A stretch of 64,000 nucleotides of DNA from Eledone cirrhosa. Taxonomy: Eukaryota. The DNA is taken from NCBI GenBank assembly GCA_964016885.1, contig OZ024749.1:41106001-41170000 (forward strand). The letters run 5' to 3'. Positions within the stretch are counted from its first letter, which is position 1; every line of letters begins with the position of its first letter. The position numbers were made by a program, and so were the translations under genes. This document shows positions 39,517 through 54,699 of this stretch, in pieces. The notes under the pieces were generated by a model. It had not been told where the DNA came from. It did no database searches and saw only the letters and a program-made list of their open reading frames with translations.

Positions 39517-39714
39517 TGAGGGTCTTCTGAAAAGTTCCTAGGTTGACTAAGATACTCTCATGGAATGACCAAATGAGGTTTATTTTTCAACATAGTCCCT
39601 GTAAAGAAACAATGCAGTTATTAATAAGAAGAGTTGAAATTAATGCATGCAAGTTTTCACAGCTCTAGCATCATTCCTTCATCATCAGCCTATAAATTCT
39701 TTAGCCAACCCTAG
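39517..39714. mobile_element. Mariner-type MITE, same family as 244-436
   Basis: Shared internal sequence gatactctcatgg...ccaaatgaggtttatttttcaacatagtccctg, TA flanks. Confidence 0.75.
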
Positions 39715-39772
39715 TATATGGACCTGGTATATACAATATGTTTGTATATAATAAACATGCATATAGTCTCAC

Positions 39773-39820
39773 TGTGAATATTCTAAGCTGTGACCATATC
39801 ACAGCTACCTCCTCAGCACA
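39773..39820 (-). ncRNA. Degenerate minimal hammerhead-like motif
   Basis: Minus strand TGTG-CTGAGGA-GGT AGCTGTGA tatgg TCACAGCT TA-GAA-TATT-CACA: 4-bp stem I, 8-bp stem II, one A of GAAA missing. Confidence 0.4.
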
Positions 39821-40699
39821 TGTTTTAGTGCTGTGTACATGTATTTCAGAATTTTTAGCCAGCTTCAGCTAATGCTTTACCTACTACAGGATACTGAGAC
39901 GGAAGAAAATATCTTCTTATATATTTAACCATTTTGATACCAAACTGCCTGAAACCATCATTGCTCCTATCATACTAAATAAGAATCTTCCGTCATAATT
40001 TTATGTCAGAACTTTTAAGTTCTGTTCCAAACACCAGTTTGATAATGGGAAAATTAATTATATTACTAAATCTCTCAATTCTTGATTATTTTTCAGAATT
40101 TTTTGAAAATCTGGACAGTGTCTTTCATTAGAAATATAGTAACCACAGGGTTACATTAAAAGACTTTAAATATACACCACCACCCCCTTTTATTCCACAC
40201 CTTCTCTGCTATCACCTCTGTGTTTGATCATGTTGATTCTCTATTAAATGATTATAATTCAAAGACATACTTCCGACCACACGACACTCCAACACACATC
40301 TGTCTATTATATATATAAACACCAAATTGTACTGTTTGCTTATTCTAATCTCTGGGTATTTGATTTTAGTTTAGTTTGTAACACATTTCACCTAACTTTT
40401 ATCTTAAGTAAACTTAATTTCTGTTTTTGTTCAACTTTGACACTGAATTTGTAAATATATTTGTTTGTTTGTGTGTGTGTGTGCACGTATGCCCCTCTGT
40501 CTATGTGTGAATGAATGTATACCTCTGTGGGTTTGAATATATGTCTCGGTGTATGTATGAATGTATGCCCCTCTCTGTGTGTGTATGCCACTGTGAGTGT
40601 GTCAGTGTATGCCTTGTGCAAACGTGAGAGTGCATATTCAATACCATAGTAGAGGTTAATAGTTGATTAAGGTTGATCCTGTATTTTGCTCTACATGTT

Positions 40700-40760
<61 letters not shown>

Positions 40761-42153
40761 ATTAAGGTGTGTGGCTTAGTGGTTAGAGCATTGGATTCAA
40801 AATCATGAGATTGTGAGTTTCATTTCTGGACTGGACAATGTGTTGTCCTTGAACAAGACATTTTATTTCATATTACTCCAGTTCACTCAGCTGGAAAAAA
40901 TGAGTTGTGATGTCTCTCGAGCCAAGTTCTATTGGTTTTTGCCTTTCCCTTGGATAACATTGGTAGTATGAAAAGAGGAGACTGGTATGTATAGATGACT
41001 GCTGGTCTTCCACAAAAACACCTTAACAGGGCTTGTGCTTTGGAGGGGAACATTCTAGGTGCAAATGCTACAGTTATTTGAGACCAAAGGAAGTCATTAT
41101 CCTTTACTCTTTATATATAATAGCAATAATAAATACAATTAATAATAAGAACCAAGTTCTGCTTGGGTAAGCAATAACATGAAAAACTGACTAAATATAA
41201 AATAAATAGCTAAGCCAAAGGAAAAATATATGCAGGAACTATATAATATAATGATGTATTAGACCTATGTTTGTTCTGCTGATGAGTGTTCCTGTTGTTA
41301 GAACAATAGAATGGCCTGCTTGTGAAATTAATGTGCTAGTGATGCGACAAAAAGTGCCCAGTCCACTGTCAAGTGGTCGTGTAGGTGTTATGACAAAAAG
41401 CACCCAGTCGACACTGTAAAGTGGTTGAGTTGACAGGACAAAAAACACCTAGCCCACTGTAAAGGGGTCCTGGGTCACGACAAAAAGAACCTAGCGCACT
41501 GTAAAGTGATCCTGTAAGTGTCACAACAAAAAGAACCTAGCTTGTCTCACAATGGGACAACTTGTCTAACCCATGCTAGCATGGAAAAAAGGACATTAAA
41601 TGATGAAGTGGCTGAGTATTCCACAGACACATGTAGCCATAACATAATTCTCAGGGAGATTCAGCATGACGCAGTCTACGATAATGATGGCCCTCTGAAT
41701 GACAGGTACAAGTCATTTTTGCCAGTTGAGTGAAATTGAATAACATGAAATAAAGTGTCTTGCTCATGAACACTATGTGCACTGCCGGGAATCAAACTCA
41801 CAACCTTACAATTATGAGCTGAACATGCTAAACACTAAACTATACATTTTCATAATGTAATATAAATGTAGTAAAAAATATGGAATAGTTTTGTTTTATT
41901 ATTTATACAGCTGTGTTTGTGTTTGAAATATTTGTTCAACAGATGTGTCTGAGTGAAGGGAGATTGTAAAGAGAAGTAAATAAACTAGTAAAGAAAATAG
42001 TAATATTATAAATAAAGAGTTACAGAAAATATATATAAATGAATTTTAATATAATAGTTGTATAGTTGAAATATGAAATAATTTTCATCATACAATTGAT
42101 GAATGAAATGCAAGTATGTATACGTGTGTGTATATATGTATATATGTGCGTGC

Positions 42154-42209
<56 letters not shown>

Positions 42210-43014
42210 ATAATAATACATTTGAAGACTAAAATCCAAAGAGGGCTCAATAAGGATAAATATATATGAAATATATAAGAAGCCTAGAGCAACGTTTTTC
42301 GAAATATTTACTTCTGCATTCACAGATTGATTTTTTTTTTTTAGTTTCAGAAGATCCCATTAAGAGTGAAAGCAGCGATTCTTTGCTTAAACTTTAATCT
42401 GTCATTTTAATAAATAAATATATATATATATATACATACATATATATATATATATGCATGTATGTATATGTGTGTACATATATATATGTATGTATATGTT
42501 TCACCTCTTGTCTTGCTAGCTGGGAAAGCGGACATTAAATTATGATGATTATATATATGTATATATGTATATATATATATATATATATATAAATCGAACG
42601 AAACCCTAACGGTAGAAATGTAATCCTGGTATGTGTATATGCATTTTTTCTTCTAACTTTAATTGTATACCTAATTGTGTAAGGTTGACGGTATATTTAA
42701 TCGATTTCCACGTGCTATTGAAATGTTGGGTAAATATTCTATAGCGGTTGATCGCGAATAAATGGCTGTCGTTTATTTATCTACTATTTCTTCATAGGTG
42801 TCTTTTAATCTTATAGCCTGGTTTAATTGGTTTTTTGTGTGGTTGATTATGCTAATTGGGAGAGGAAATGGTGTGTATACGTGTTTATATATATATAATC
42901 ATCATCATCATTTACGATCTATTTTCCCTGCTAGAAAGGGTTGGACAAGTCGTCACAGACTGGTTAGTGCTCAATAGGAGCTACTAACCTCTCAGATGGT
43001 CTAGGGCTCCACAT

Positions 43015-43144
43015 CTTTCAGTTACGACACAATGGCCTCTCTAGTGCTGGTGCCATTACAAAATGCATGGTGCACTTTGATGAGTGCACCATGCATTTTG
43101 TAATGGCACCAGCACTAGAGAGGCCATTGTGTCGTAACTGAAAG
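43015..43144. repeat. Perfect inverted repeat, 62-bp arms, 6-bp spacer
   Basis: ctttcagttacg...tgcact ttgatg agtgca...cgtaactgaaag. Confidence 0.9.
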
Positions 43145-43161
43145 GTCTTCTCCTTTTTGGT

Positions 43162-43201
<40 letters not shown>

Positions 43202-43324
43202 ATGGTCTATGAGAGCTAAGGCCCCACAGCAATCATGCAACATCCATTTTTAGAAAAATCTTTGCCTGTTTCGGGCCCCATAGGAGCTCTTATACTGCCT
43301 TGCAAAATTTCTCTTGCAGACCTT

Positions 43325-43643
<319 letters not shown>

Positions 43644-43971
43644 AGTATATATGAAGCTGTTGAATGTTTACAAACAAGAGAAGAGGAATGTACTGAATAC
43701 AGAAGTGTATATACTGTATATTTACATAGAAGCTGAAGCTGTACTCATACATGTATGTATATGTGTATGTATGTATAAATTGGGACAGTGTGTTTATGTG
43801 CTGTGAGAAAATATATCTTGAAAGTTTGAAGCAGTGTCCTCCATATTTTCCCAGTAAGATAATCCCAGCTTCTTAGATACAAGAAAGGTTGGCTTACTGC
43901 CTAATTAGCAGTCATATATGTATATATAACAATAATATACATACATATATATATGCATGTGTATAGATATA

Positions 43972-44002
<31 letters not shown>

Positions 44003-44015
44003 GAATGTATGTATG

Positions 44016-44048
<33 letters not shown>

Positions 44049-44050
44049 GT

Positions 44051-44084
<34 letters not shown>

Positions 44085-44100
44085 ATGTATGTATGTATGT

Positions 44101-44177
<77 letters not shown>

Positions 44178-44266
44178 CTGCTGTGCAAGCTGTTTATTTA
44201 TGATGGGTAAAATGCCATAAGTCTTTGTAAACGCTGGTCCTGGGTAAACATCTTTTAGTAGGATAA

Positions 44267-44354
<88 letters not shown>

Positions 44355-47300
44355 ATATGTGTGTGAGAGAGAGAGAGAGAACACTTAAAACTCCAAACCA
44401 ATCTATTTATCTTCATTTACGGTTGACTCTTTCGTTACTATATTTTGAAAATAATCGAGAATTTCTTGGCATTTAGTAATATATGTAACTAGCTTTCTTA
44501 TTATTAAGCTGGTGTTGCAGCACAGAGTTATGACCCTTTACGTTCTGAGTTCAAATTCCGCCCAGGTTAACTTTGCCTTTCATCCTTACGGGATCGATAA
44601 AAGGAAGCACCAGTAATGCATTGGGATAATTGGTGACCTTGTGCCAAAAGTAGAAACAATTATTAAACTGGTGTTTGGAATATAACTTAATAAAGGTTCT
44701 TACATAAAACTATAATGGAAGATTTTTTTTTTTTATATAAATATAAACACTTTAAAATCAATTTTTGTAAAGTTGTTTTTAATAAATCATTCTTCATTGC
44801 ACTAAATATTAGCTTTTTTTGTCTTGTGAATAATATGAGACATGGCTTTTATTTTCTGAAGTGTGAATGTGTGTTTGTTGTATATGTAACAACATGTATG
44901 TGTTGTAATAATTATAACGTGTGTGTGTGTGTGTGATATACTTCTAACCTGTGTGTGATATAATTAAGATGTGTGCGTATGACATAGTTATAATGTGAAT
45001 GTGTGTGCGATGTGGTATATACTTTGTGTGTGTTATGTAATTATAACGTGTGTACGTGTGCTATATTAATCTGTGTATGTTATGATTATAACGTGTTAGT
45101 GTTATTCTCTAATAATATGGCCAGTATATGTATGTGTTCTCTCTTTCTCTTAATTTTGCTTTTGTTTTTGATCGGCCACCTTCCCGGTGACAAGGTTGTA
45201 AAGAAAAGGAAATTGTATGTATATATGTGTGTAAGAATCTCTCTCTCTATGTGTCTCTCTCTCTATCCATGTATATTGTGTGTGTGTGTATTACATGTAC
45301 ACGGTTTCCAAAAACACAAACCACTCCACACATTATGTAACAGTTCAGTTTCATCCAAGGTCTCACCACCATCACAACCACCAACAATCACAACCATAAC
45401 CATAACCATCACCACTACCACCCTCAATACAACCACCACAACAATAATACGCACCGCCACACACATCAACATTACCCACCACTTCTGTTAACCTTATTCC
45501 ACCGTTATCTTAACATGTGTGTGTGTGTGTGTGCGTCTGTTTCTGTGTCTGTCTGTCTGTGTACGTGTGTGCTGTCTGGCTCGCTGTCAAAATAGAAACA
45601 TTTTATTTTTATAAAGCTCTGTATTTTGGTTTTAAAAAGCCCCCATAGCTAGATGTTGAATGACTGATAGATTGAAGGAAGGAAGAAAATAACAGAGAAA
45701 TTGACCTAGAAAATATCTAGCTATAGATTCTTTAAAACAACTTCGGATATAGCATAACAAACTACAGATGGATGGATTACTATTGTTATCACTATTATTA
45801 TTATTATTATTATTCAAAAGTATTTTGTTACATAATAAAGTACATTAAATTATTATGATAATAATCAAGAATTTTTAGGGGTTTAATGGATTAAAAAAAT
45901 ATAACTAACTTTTGCCGTTATTCCTCTGGTGTTTGAAACAACTTTAACAAAGGTTCTTACATAAAATTATGATGGAAGCTTTGTAGATGATAAATGTAAA
46001 CACTAGAGAAGTTGTACTGGTCTGGCAAGTGACTTGATTAGAGATTATATTGCAACTAAAGCAATTACATCTTGGAAATGTCATTTTGAATGACTTAAAA
46101 TGACTCTTCCATGATCTAAACATCTTTAAGCCTTTTATTACCATATTTCTTTTAAAAAAACAATGCCCATGATTTTAAAATAATTTTGAAAAATAACCAA
46201 GAATTTGTAGTAATTTAGTAATATAACTAATTTGTAATTAATCTAGTGTCTGGAACATAACATAACAAATGTTGTTACAGAAATTTATGGATTTTTTTTT
46301 TTTTTTTTTTTTTTTTTCGATAAATATAAACAATTTAAAACAAGTAGAACTAGGAGTGGTTTCAGGTGGTTTGGTATCAAAAGATATATTACTACGTTGT
46401 ACATGTGTGTATGTGTTGGACGTCTGTCAGTTCCGATAATGAGTCTTCCAGATGTTTAATCAATGGTACAGCTTGCTCATGAAATTAACGTGCAGGTGAC
46501 TGAGCATTCCACCAACACAGGTACACTTAATATAATTCTCAGTGAGATTCAATGCAACACAGTGTGACAAAGCTGGCCTTTTGAAGAATACAGATACAAC
46601 TCGTTTTTGCTAGCAGAATCAAACTCATGGTCTTCCACTAAGCCATACGCCTTTACATCATACATACACAAAGACAGACATACTACAAACAGTTGGTATG
46701 AGAAAAGGGTTTAATATTACAGTAAGAGTATATATAATACCACAAGTTCTGTGGTTTATAAATTAGGCCAGAAATATATTATTCTACTGTAAATATTTAT
46801 TCTAGAACCAATATTATATCAAGCACTCTCCAAGGATTTTTTTTTTTTGAAATATTATAAACACATTTTACCCTTTTGACACCAATCTGCCTGGTACCAC
46901 CCTTGGTTCTACAATACAAAACCGTTTATCTTAAAGTGTTTTTATTTATCTAAAAACCTGCCATTGTGAGTTTTATATTTCAAACCTCAGCTTTATTAAA
47001 TTATGTTTCAAACCTCAACATTCCAGCTTAATAATGAGAAAGTTATATATTACTAAATCCCCATCCACACAATTCTCAATTATTTAAAAATATTTTTGAA
47101 AGCTGTAGTCAGTGTCGTTCATTAGAAATATGGTAATGAAAGGGTTAAATCAATAGTAGTGTGGCTTGAGTTTGACGCCCTATCCACGAAAACCACAACA
47201 CACTAGACCAAAAGTGCTGCTTATAGGAAATGCCCACTCACCCAAAATTGCCACCTGAGTCAGACTGACTTCCCTTTTGACCCTTGCTAACTATGTTACT

Positions 47301-47719
47301 GCTTACATCATCAACGTTACCATTTAACTGGTTCTTGCATAAAATTATGATGAAACGTTTAAATGTAAATATAAACAAGGGCGGTGCCACAGCATGGCCT
47401 CAGCCAAATGGCTGGAACAGGTAAAAGAGGAGACACTTTTTTTCTTTTATCATAGAACCAAGAGTGATTTCAGGTTGTTTAGTATCAAAAAAGATAAATA
47501 ATTTTTTCTAGCGGTGGTACAATTTGGGGGAAGGGAAAAAGCAATTATATCGACTCCGGTATTATTATTTTATCAACGGTACATTATTTTATCAACCTCA
47601 GAATGATAAAAAGCAAAGTTGACCTTGGTGAGATTTGAACTCAGAACTTAGAGAGTCATAACTAAATACCATTTTGTCAGACACTCTACCAACACTCCAG
47701 TCTACTTCCCTAAAAGGGT

Positions 47720-48092
47720 TATAGTTTCTGATTTAGGCACAAAGCCAGCAATTTTAGGGGAGGGGAAAGTCGATTAAATCAACCCTGTAAGGATGAACGG
47801 CAAAGTGAACCTTGGTAGGATTTGAACTCAGAATGTAAAGGGTCGTAACTCCAAGCTGCAAAGCATGTTATACAATGCTCTACTGATAATTATTATTAGG
47901 AGGGCAGTGGATTGGCAGTATCAGTAGAGGGTGAGACGCCATGCTTTGCAGCAAAGAGTTACGGCCCTTTGTGGTCTGAGTTCAAATCCCGGCGAGGTTA
48001 ACTTTGCCTTTCATCCTTATGGGGTCGATGAAATAAAGTACCTGTAATACACTGGGATAATTGCTGGCCTTGTGCCAAAAGTAGAAACAATT
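47720..48092. mobile_element. Head-to-head family A SINE pair upstream of exon 1
   Basis: Minus copy at about 47720-47888, plus copy at about 47903-48092. Confidence 0.8.
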
Positions 48093-48163
48093 ATTATTTA
48101 AAATACATATCATTTCATTTGTTTCATAAAAAATTAAATAAATATATTTTTGTGTCTTTTCAG

Positions 48164-48390
48164 CACCTAAATGTTTATTGTCACACTAAAGACTTCTTCC
48201 ATGATGCAAGAGGATACAGGTGGAAGGAAGTGGGCTGTGATGGTGTCAGCGTTCTTTGTCCAGTTTATCATATGTGGTATCACCTATAGTATGGGGATAT
48301 TCCATGTGGTCTTCCGGCACATCTTTGCAGGATCCCATTTTGATACGTCATGGATTTCTGCTCTCTTATTACATGTCACTGTTATTTCAA
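48164..48390 (+). CDS. SLC16/MCT-family transporter, first coding exon (in-frame ATG at 48171, further ATGs about 10 codons downstream)
   Basis: Acceptor tgtgtcttttcag ends at 48163, donor GT at 48391. Translation EDTGGRKWAVMVSAFFVQFIICGITYSMGIF...TSWIS resembles the MCT N-terminal DGGxxW motif plus TM1-2. Ends in phase 1. Confidence 0.9.
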
Positions 48391-49047
48391 GTCAGTGCCT
48401 CTTTTATTTTATTTTTCTGTATGTATCTATGTGTGTGTGTGTGTGTGTTGCTTTCCAGCATAGTTACGTCCCTTTACAGTCTGAGTTCAAATCCCGTCAA
48501 GGTTAACTTTGCCTTTCATCCTTACGGGGTCGATAAAATAAAGTACCAGTAATGCACTGGGTGATTGCTGGCCTTGTGCCTAAATTAGAAACAATTATAT
48601 ATTTATATATCATTATATATATATATATATATATATATCTTCATCGTTTAACGTCTATCTATATAGGAAAATGTGTGAAATCCTTGGTACAGTTAGGTAT
48701 ATTTAAAAAATGGAAAAGAATGACTTCACTTGTAGTTCTAAACAATTTAATTTAATTTTATATCATAATTTTACAATTTGGTCTTGTAGATCTAGTAAGT
48801 TCTTTGTGAACTTCGGTGGGGAGATTTCTCGCATTCATTGGTGGGGATTGTCAAATTGATCTCAGGTTTTGTTGTGATGTGTGACTCTATATATAATAGA
48901 TGGGGGTTAATGAGTTTGGGAGTGAAGGAGTGTTGATGAAGATTTAAAGAAATTAGAGCATATATATCATATATATATATAGAAAATAGTGAATGGTAAC
49001 AAACACGTATGAAATGTATATTTATTGTATTGTTCTTTCTATTTTAG

Positions 49048-49191
49048 GTGTCCTTTTCCGATTCGTGACTGCCAAATTTGGCAGTCGAGTCAGTGTGATG
49101 TTGGGCGGTCTCTTATCTTCTATTGGCCTTGCACTTGGAGTTTGTATCACAGAACTCTATGAGATATACCTTTGCATGGGTGTCCTTACAG
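49048..49191 (+). CDS. SLC16/MCT-family transporter, coding exon 2
   Basis: ttctattttag acceptor, G|gtaact donor, 144 nt, phase 1 to 1. Encodes AKFGSRVSVMLGGLLSSIGL...LCMGVLTG, with the MCT 'FGxR' loop. Confidence 0.93.
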
Positions 49192-50476
49192 GTAACTCAC
49201 CAGTCTTCTTTCTTCTTGGCGAATGTTGGTGTCCTAATAAAATGCACCCAGTATAATCTGTAAAGTAATTGACATTAGTAAAAGACATCCAGCTGTTGAA
49301 ACCATATCACTATGACTGTTCAGTCATATCAAGGTCATGACAACATCCCTAGTGTTATCACAGTAAACTCTCCCAGTTCACTCTACAAAATGGTAGTGCT
49401 GGTGTCATAATAAAATACCCCCAGTTCACTCTACAAAGTGGTAGTGCTAGTGTCACAATACGATACCCCTAGTACACTCTATAAAGTGGTAATGCTGGTG
49501 TCACAATAAACTACCCCCAGTATACTCTTTAAAATGTTTGGCATTAGGAAGGGCATTCAGGTGTAGAAACCATAAATGGAATGTATAAGCACAATGTGGT
49601 TCTCGAATCTATCTAGACTTGGACCATGACAATCTGTCCAACCCATGCTAGAGTTGAAAGTGGATGTAAGATGATGATAATGGTGGAGTTGGTGGTGTCA
49701 GTTGTAATGATGATGAGAGTAGAAAGTGAATGTAAGATGATGATAATTAATGGTGGAGTTGGTGGTGTCAGCTGTGATGATGATAATGATGGCCTTACCT
49801 AGAACATTTTATTGTCACTCACTATCATTCAATTTACATCACATGTCCATACCATTGCAATTATCATCTTTGTATTCTCACATAAAAGAGGGAGAGGGGG
49901 AGGAAATAAACAGCCTATTATATAAATATAAATATATTATATATATTTTTCCCTGTGAGCCCTAATTACAGTTAAATTAAGGAATTTTAATTGGCTGTTA
50001 TTGCTAGGAATGTGAGGACAAACAAATCTAAAGATTTAATTTTTGGTGTGACAATTCTTTCTAACATTGGCACAAGACCAGCAATTTGGGGGGGTAGGAA
50101 CAATCAATTATATCTACCCCAGTATATAACTGGTACTTATTTTATCAACTCTGGAAGGGTGAAAGGCAAAGTTGATTTTTGTGGGATTTAAAACTCAGAA
50201 GGTAGAAAGTCAAAACTAAATACCACAAAGTATTTTGTCCAATGCTCTACCGAAACTACCATTCCACCATCTTACAATGCCAACAATTTTGGAGGAGGAG
50301 AGAGTTGATTAAATCGACCCAGTACGTTACTGGTATTTTATTTTTTCAACCCCTGTAAAGATGAAAAGCAAAGCTAACTTACAAATAATAATAATTATTA
50401 TTATGAGTAATGTCTAGTGATGCAGTAAAAGTTTACGTGACACTGTTGGAACCATGTTGATGATAATAATAATAAT

Positions 50477-50872
50477 GATTTCTACTATAGGCACAAGGCC
50501 AGCAATTTAAAGGGAAGAGGGAAAGTCGATTAAATGGACTTCAGTGTATTACTGGTACTTTATTTTATTGACCCTGTAAGGTTGAAAGGCAAAGCTAACC
50601 TCGGTGGTATTTGAGCTCAGAATGTAAAGGGCTGTAACTATATGCTGCAAAGTATAATGTCAAATGCTCTACTGATACTGCCAATCCACAACCCTTTAAA
50701 ATAGATAACTTTATCCTCTTTCTATCTTATTATTAGAGTTACGTCCCTTGCCATTCTGAGTTCAAATCTCGCCGAGGTTAACTTTGCCTTTCATCCTTAC
50801 GGGGTCGATAAAATAAAGTACCAGTAATGCACTGGTTAATTGCTGGCCTTGTGCCAAACGTAGAAACAATTA
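50477..50872. mobile_element. Head-to-head family A SINE pair upstream of exon 3
   Basis: Minus copy at about 50477-50693, 5'-truncated plus copy at about 50734-50872. Confidence 0.8.
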
Positions 50873-50925
50873 TTAGTATAAATATATGTCTCATTTTCTC
50901 TCTCTGTGTTTTTCTTTCTCTCCAG

Positions 50926-51657
50926 GTATTGGTTTTGGTATAGCCTGCTCACCATCCATTGTCGCTGTTGAACAGTATTTCCACCGTTGTCGCTACCAGG
51001 CACTCAGTACAGTTCTCGCAGGAATCGGTTGTGGAATTATTGTCTTCCCCAATTTTATACGTTACTTGCTGGAGATCTATGCATGGAGAGGAACCCTGCT
51101 CCTGCTGTCAGGCATCACACTGAACTTGTGCGTATGTGGAGCAGTGATGAAACCTCTCAAGTGTGAGAAAGAGATCCGGCTACTACCACTACTGTCATGC
51201 ATGCCATTACGCAACCCTCTTTTCTACGCAATGTGCATCGGCAACTTCTTCTGGAGTTTTGGTTCCACCATCATATACATTTTCCTCCCTTCCTATGCCC
51301 TTAGCATGGGCACAGATTTTATTACCGCAACATTCCTAGTTTCTTGTATTGGCATGGCCAGCTTCACCAGTCGCGTTATCTTTGCATTCATGGGACATAA
51401 CTCAACGCTGGACGATGTCACTGCCATCTTGTGTTCAGTCGGACTCGGGGCCGTTATAACCGGCACATGCCCGTTGTTATTTAAACATTACTCTGGCCAG
51501 ATAAGCTATACGCTGCTTTTCGGCTTCTACAGCGGTTTTTGGACCACATTTATGTCACAAGTGACCCGAGAGTTGCTCGGACCACATTACATTGCAATTG
51601 GTAATGGTTACCTGTCTTTCATGATTGCTCTCGGTTCACTAGGCGCTCCCTGTGCTG
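50926..51657 (+). CDS. SLC16/MCT-family transporter, coding exon 3
   Basis: Polypyrimidine tract and tccag acceptor, G|gtaagt donor, 732 nt. Encodes GIGFGIACSPSIVAVEQYFHRCR...WRGTLLLLSGITLNLCVCGAVMKP, matching the MCT YFxxxR and WRG...N..V motifs. Confidence 0.96.
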
Positions 51658-54648
51658 GTAAGTACCACCTCACAATTCAAAAATATGGTAGTTATATATA
51701 TATATATATATATATATACATGAGCTTACTTTGAATGTCTAAATATATACTGTTCCAACTTTAAAAATTATTTATTGGGAAATTTGAAATTTAAAAATAT
51801 AGTGTCACAATGCAGACAAATATAATGATAGTTGAATAAATAAAATAAAATACCCCTAGAGATGGAAAAAAGTAAACAGCATCTCTATCCAATTTATTCA
51901 GCTGTTTACAGTTATCAGCTATTGTTATAGTTTCCTCCATTTGTGGCAACTATATTTACATATATATTATTTATTTAATTACATAACCAAACATATGTCT
52001 CTCTTTCATGCATGCTCTCAGTTCACTGGGTATTCACTGTATTGGTTATTACCACCCCTTCAAAAATTCAAAAACAGTAGCTATATCTACCTTAAATTTA
52101 CCCTAAATATATGCTGTGTTTTAGAGAAAAAAATGACAGCTCACACCTATGCAGGTTTAGCTGGTCCCCTCCAAGGTTGCAGCTCATAGGAGGTATTTTA
52201 ATGATAGTGGCTCCAATCATTACATAAAAAACATAAAGAGTCTTGCCATGTTTTAGCATAATTCACCCTGTAAGTGGTCATACTGGTGCAACAACAAAAA
52301 TGTACCCAGTCCACCCTGAAAGGTGGTAGTGTTGGTGCTACAAAAAATGCTACCAGTAGATGCTGCAATGTGGTTGTATTTTATTCCACATTGCTCCAGT
52401 CCACTCAGCTAGCAAAAAAATGAGTTGTGTCTGTATTTCAAAGGGCCAACCTTGTCACACACTGTTATGTAGAATCTCAAGGAGAAGTCACTCAGCCAAT
52501 TGCATGTTAATTTCATGAGTAGATAGTTCCGTTGATCACTCTTTATCAAACTAAATCTCCCTGAGAATTACATTAACAGTACTCGTGTCTGTGGATTGAT
52601 AGGTTATATGCACAGTATACACCTTAACTTCACGGGCAGGCTGTTCTGTTGATCGAACAACTGGAAAACTCATCGTCGGAATCAACGGAGATTCAACCAC
52701 TGACATTATAATTTAGTGAATATATAGTTCTGTTGATTGTACAACTGTAAACCTCACTGAAACCAACACAAGATCCATTCATTCATTCCTATATTTCATT
52801 CACACAAAGCTGTGAGAGGTCACATTATTTGTTTTTAAAGCTTAACGCAGTTGTCTCCCTTACCTATATTGCACTTGCTAATATTTTGTAATAAAGTCTT
52901 TTAACAGAGCATCGAGTGTAAAGCATTGCCAGCGTAAACACATACACACATACATATGCATACATTCTCTTGTCTTTCCTCCGTTGGGACTCATGACTAA
53001 AATGTCACATCGTTGGAACAATCAGTGTATTGGTGTGAATGTGAATGTGAATCGCTGTGTTGGTGGATGTGTATTTGTGTGTAAGTTTTAGTACTTGACA
53101 TTTGCACCTATCGCATGGTCTTGACATTTTTCAACAACACCCCCCCCCCTCTGCCTTCGCTTTGGGTGAGGAGGGTCAGGACAGTTTCTAAAAAATATGA
53201 TTTATCTTAATGTTCATAATTTTGAAAATAGTTTGTTTTATGAAAAATATATTTTTGATAAACATAATTTCTTACGAAGTATGACTATTTTAAAGATATA
53301 TATTTTATTTTTATGGAAATATACTTAATGGTTATGAAAATATATTCATGAAAATTTAATTTCTTTTCTTTTTTTCTTGTGAAAAATACAATTCATTTCA
53401 TAAAAATATAAATCGGTTTTATGAAAAATATACATTGTTCGTGTAAATAACATTTTTTTTTATAAAAGTGTAATTAATTTTTATGAAAATCTAATTTATT
53501 TTCAGGAAAATATTATGATTCATTTTGATGAAAAGTTATTTCGCTTTTATGAAAAGATATTTCATTTTTAGACATATATAATACATATTTCTATGAAAAT
53601 AAATTTGACTGTTTATGTATTGTGTATTATTAACTGTGATACAAACATACAATGTTTTACTGAAACTGACTCCTGCTTCTACTATTTAAAACAACTACAA
53701 CAGCAACAATTGTTTGTTTTAAGGTGTTCGTATTTAATTAAAAATCTTCCATTATAGTTTTATAAGAAGGTTATTTTTCCATATCCTTCCAAATTCTTGG
53801 TTATGAAAAATAATTTTTAAATCATAGTCAATATCTTTCATTAGAAATACTGCTCTAAAAGGTTCTTGCATAAAATTATGATAGAAGTCTTTTAGATAAA
53901 TATAAACAAATTGAAGCAGTTTTGTATAATACAGCCAAGGATGGTTTCATGTGGTTTAGAATCAAAGGAGTTAACCTTACTGCCATTGTACCGCTTCTTC
54001 AAGAACAAAGCTGTTTCTTTGTGTGTGTCTATATATTGCATATACGTGAAAATAAGCTGAGAAATATGTAACCAAAAAAAATCAATGGTAAAATGGGATT
54101 GGGTCACTGATATACATATGCCAGCTAAACAATGTGTTGGTTAGAGGCCTCCGCTTATAAATGAGGTTTGGATTTTTGCCCGTTTCTCAGACCTGAAATA
54201 GGGGGTTGGCTTATATTTACGTACATACAATATACATATATATATAATCATCCATCAAACTTGGCCTCAAAAAGGACCCAATAAGTGTGAAAGTTGTCAT
54301 AGGGCCTTCCCTGTAAGCTAACAGAAGAGAATGACTTTGAAACAGTTTTTGTTGTCTTATATTCTTCTATGCTATTTCATATGAGGTGATTAAAAGGGTT
54401 GGCACTAGAATAGATATCTAGCCGTAAAATATTGCCATATGATTAATATGATGTTTGTCATGGGCACTGCCCTTGAAGTTAACCTTGGGCACTGCCCTTG
54501 AAGTTAACCTTTTCTTTAATGGCCTTAAAATTGGTTGTTGTTGTGGTGTGTAATGTTTTTTTTTTTGTTATATGTAATAAACTACGCAAACCACTTTACA
54601 GACAGATTTTCATCTGGCTTTTATTCCTGATCTTGTTTATAATTTCAG

Positions 54649-54699
54649 CATTACTTATTCAAGCAGACGATGAGTACACATATGCCTTTTATTTAGCTG
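54649..54699 (+). CDS. SLC16/MCT-family transporter, coding exon 4 (51 nt)
   Basis: aatttcag acceptor, G|gtaagt donor, phase 1 to 1. Encodes ALLIQADDEYTYAFYLAG, resembling the MCT 'Y..aFy.aG' segment before TM12. Confidence 0.88.

Noticed and set aside
41279-41335. CTGATGAG...GAAA apparent hammerhead
   Set aside because: Part of a different dispersed repeat; copies at about 46435 and 52625-52680 read gataatgag or gacgatgag, and the stems do not form.
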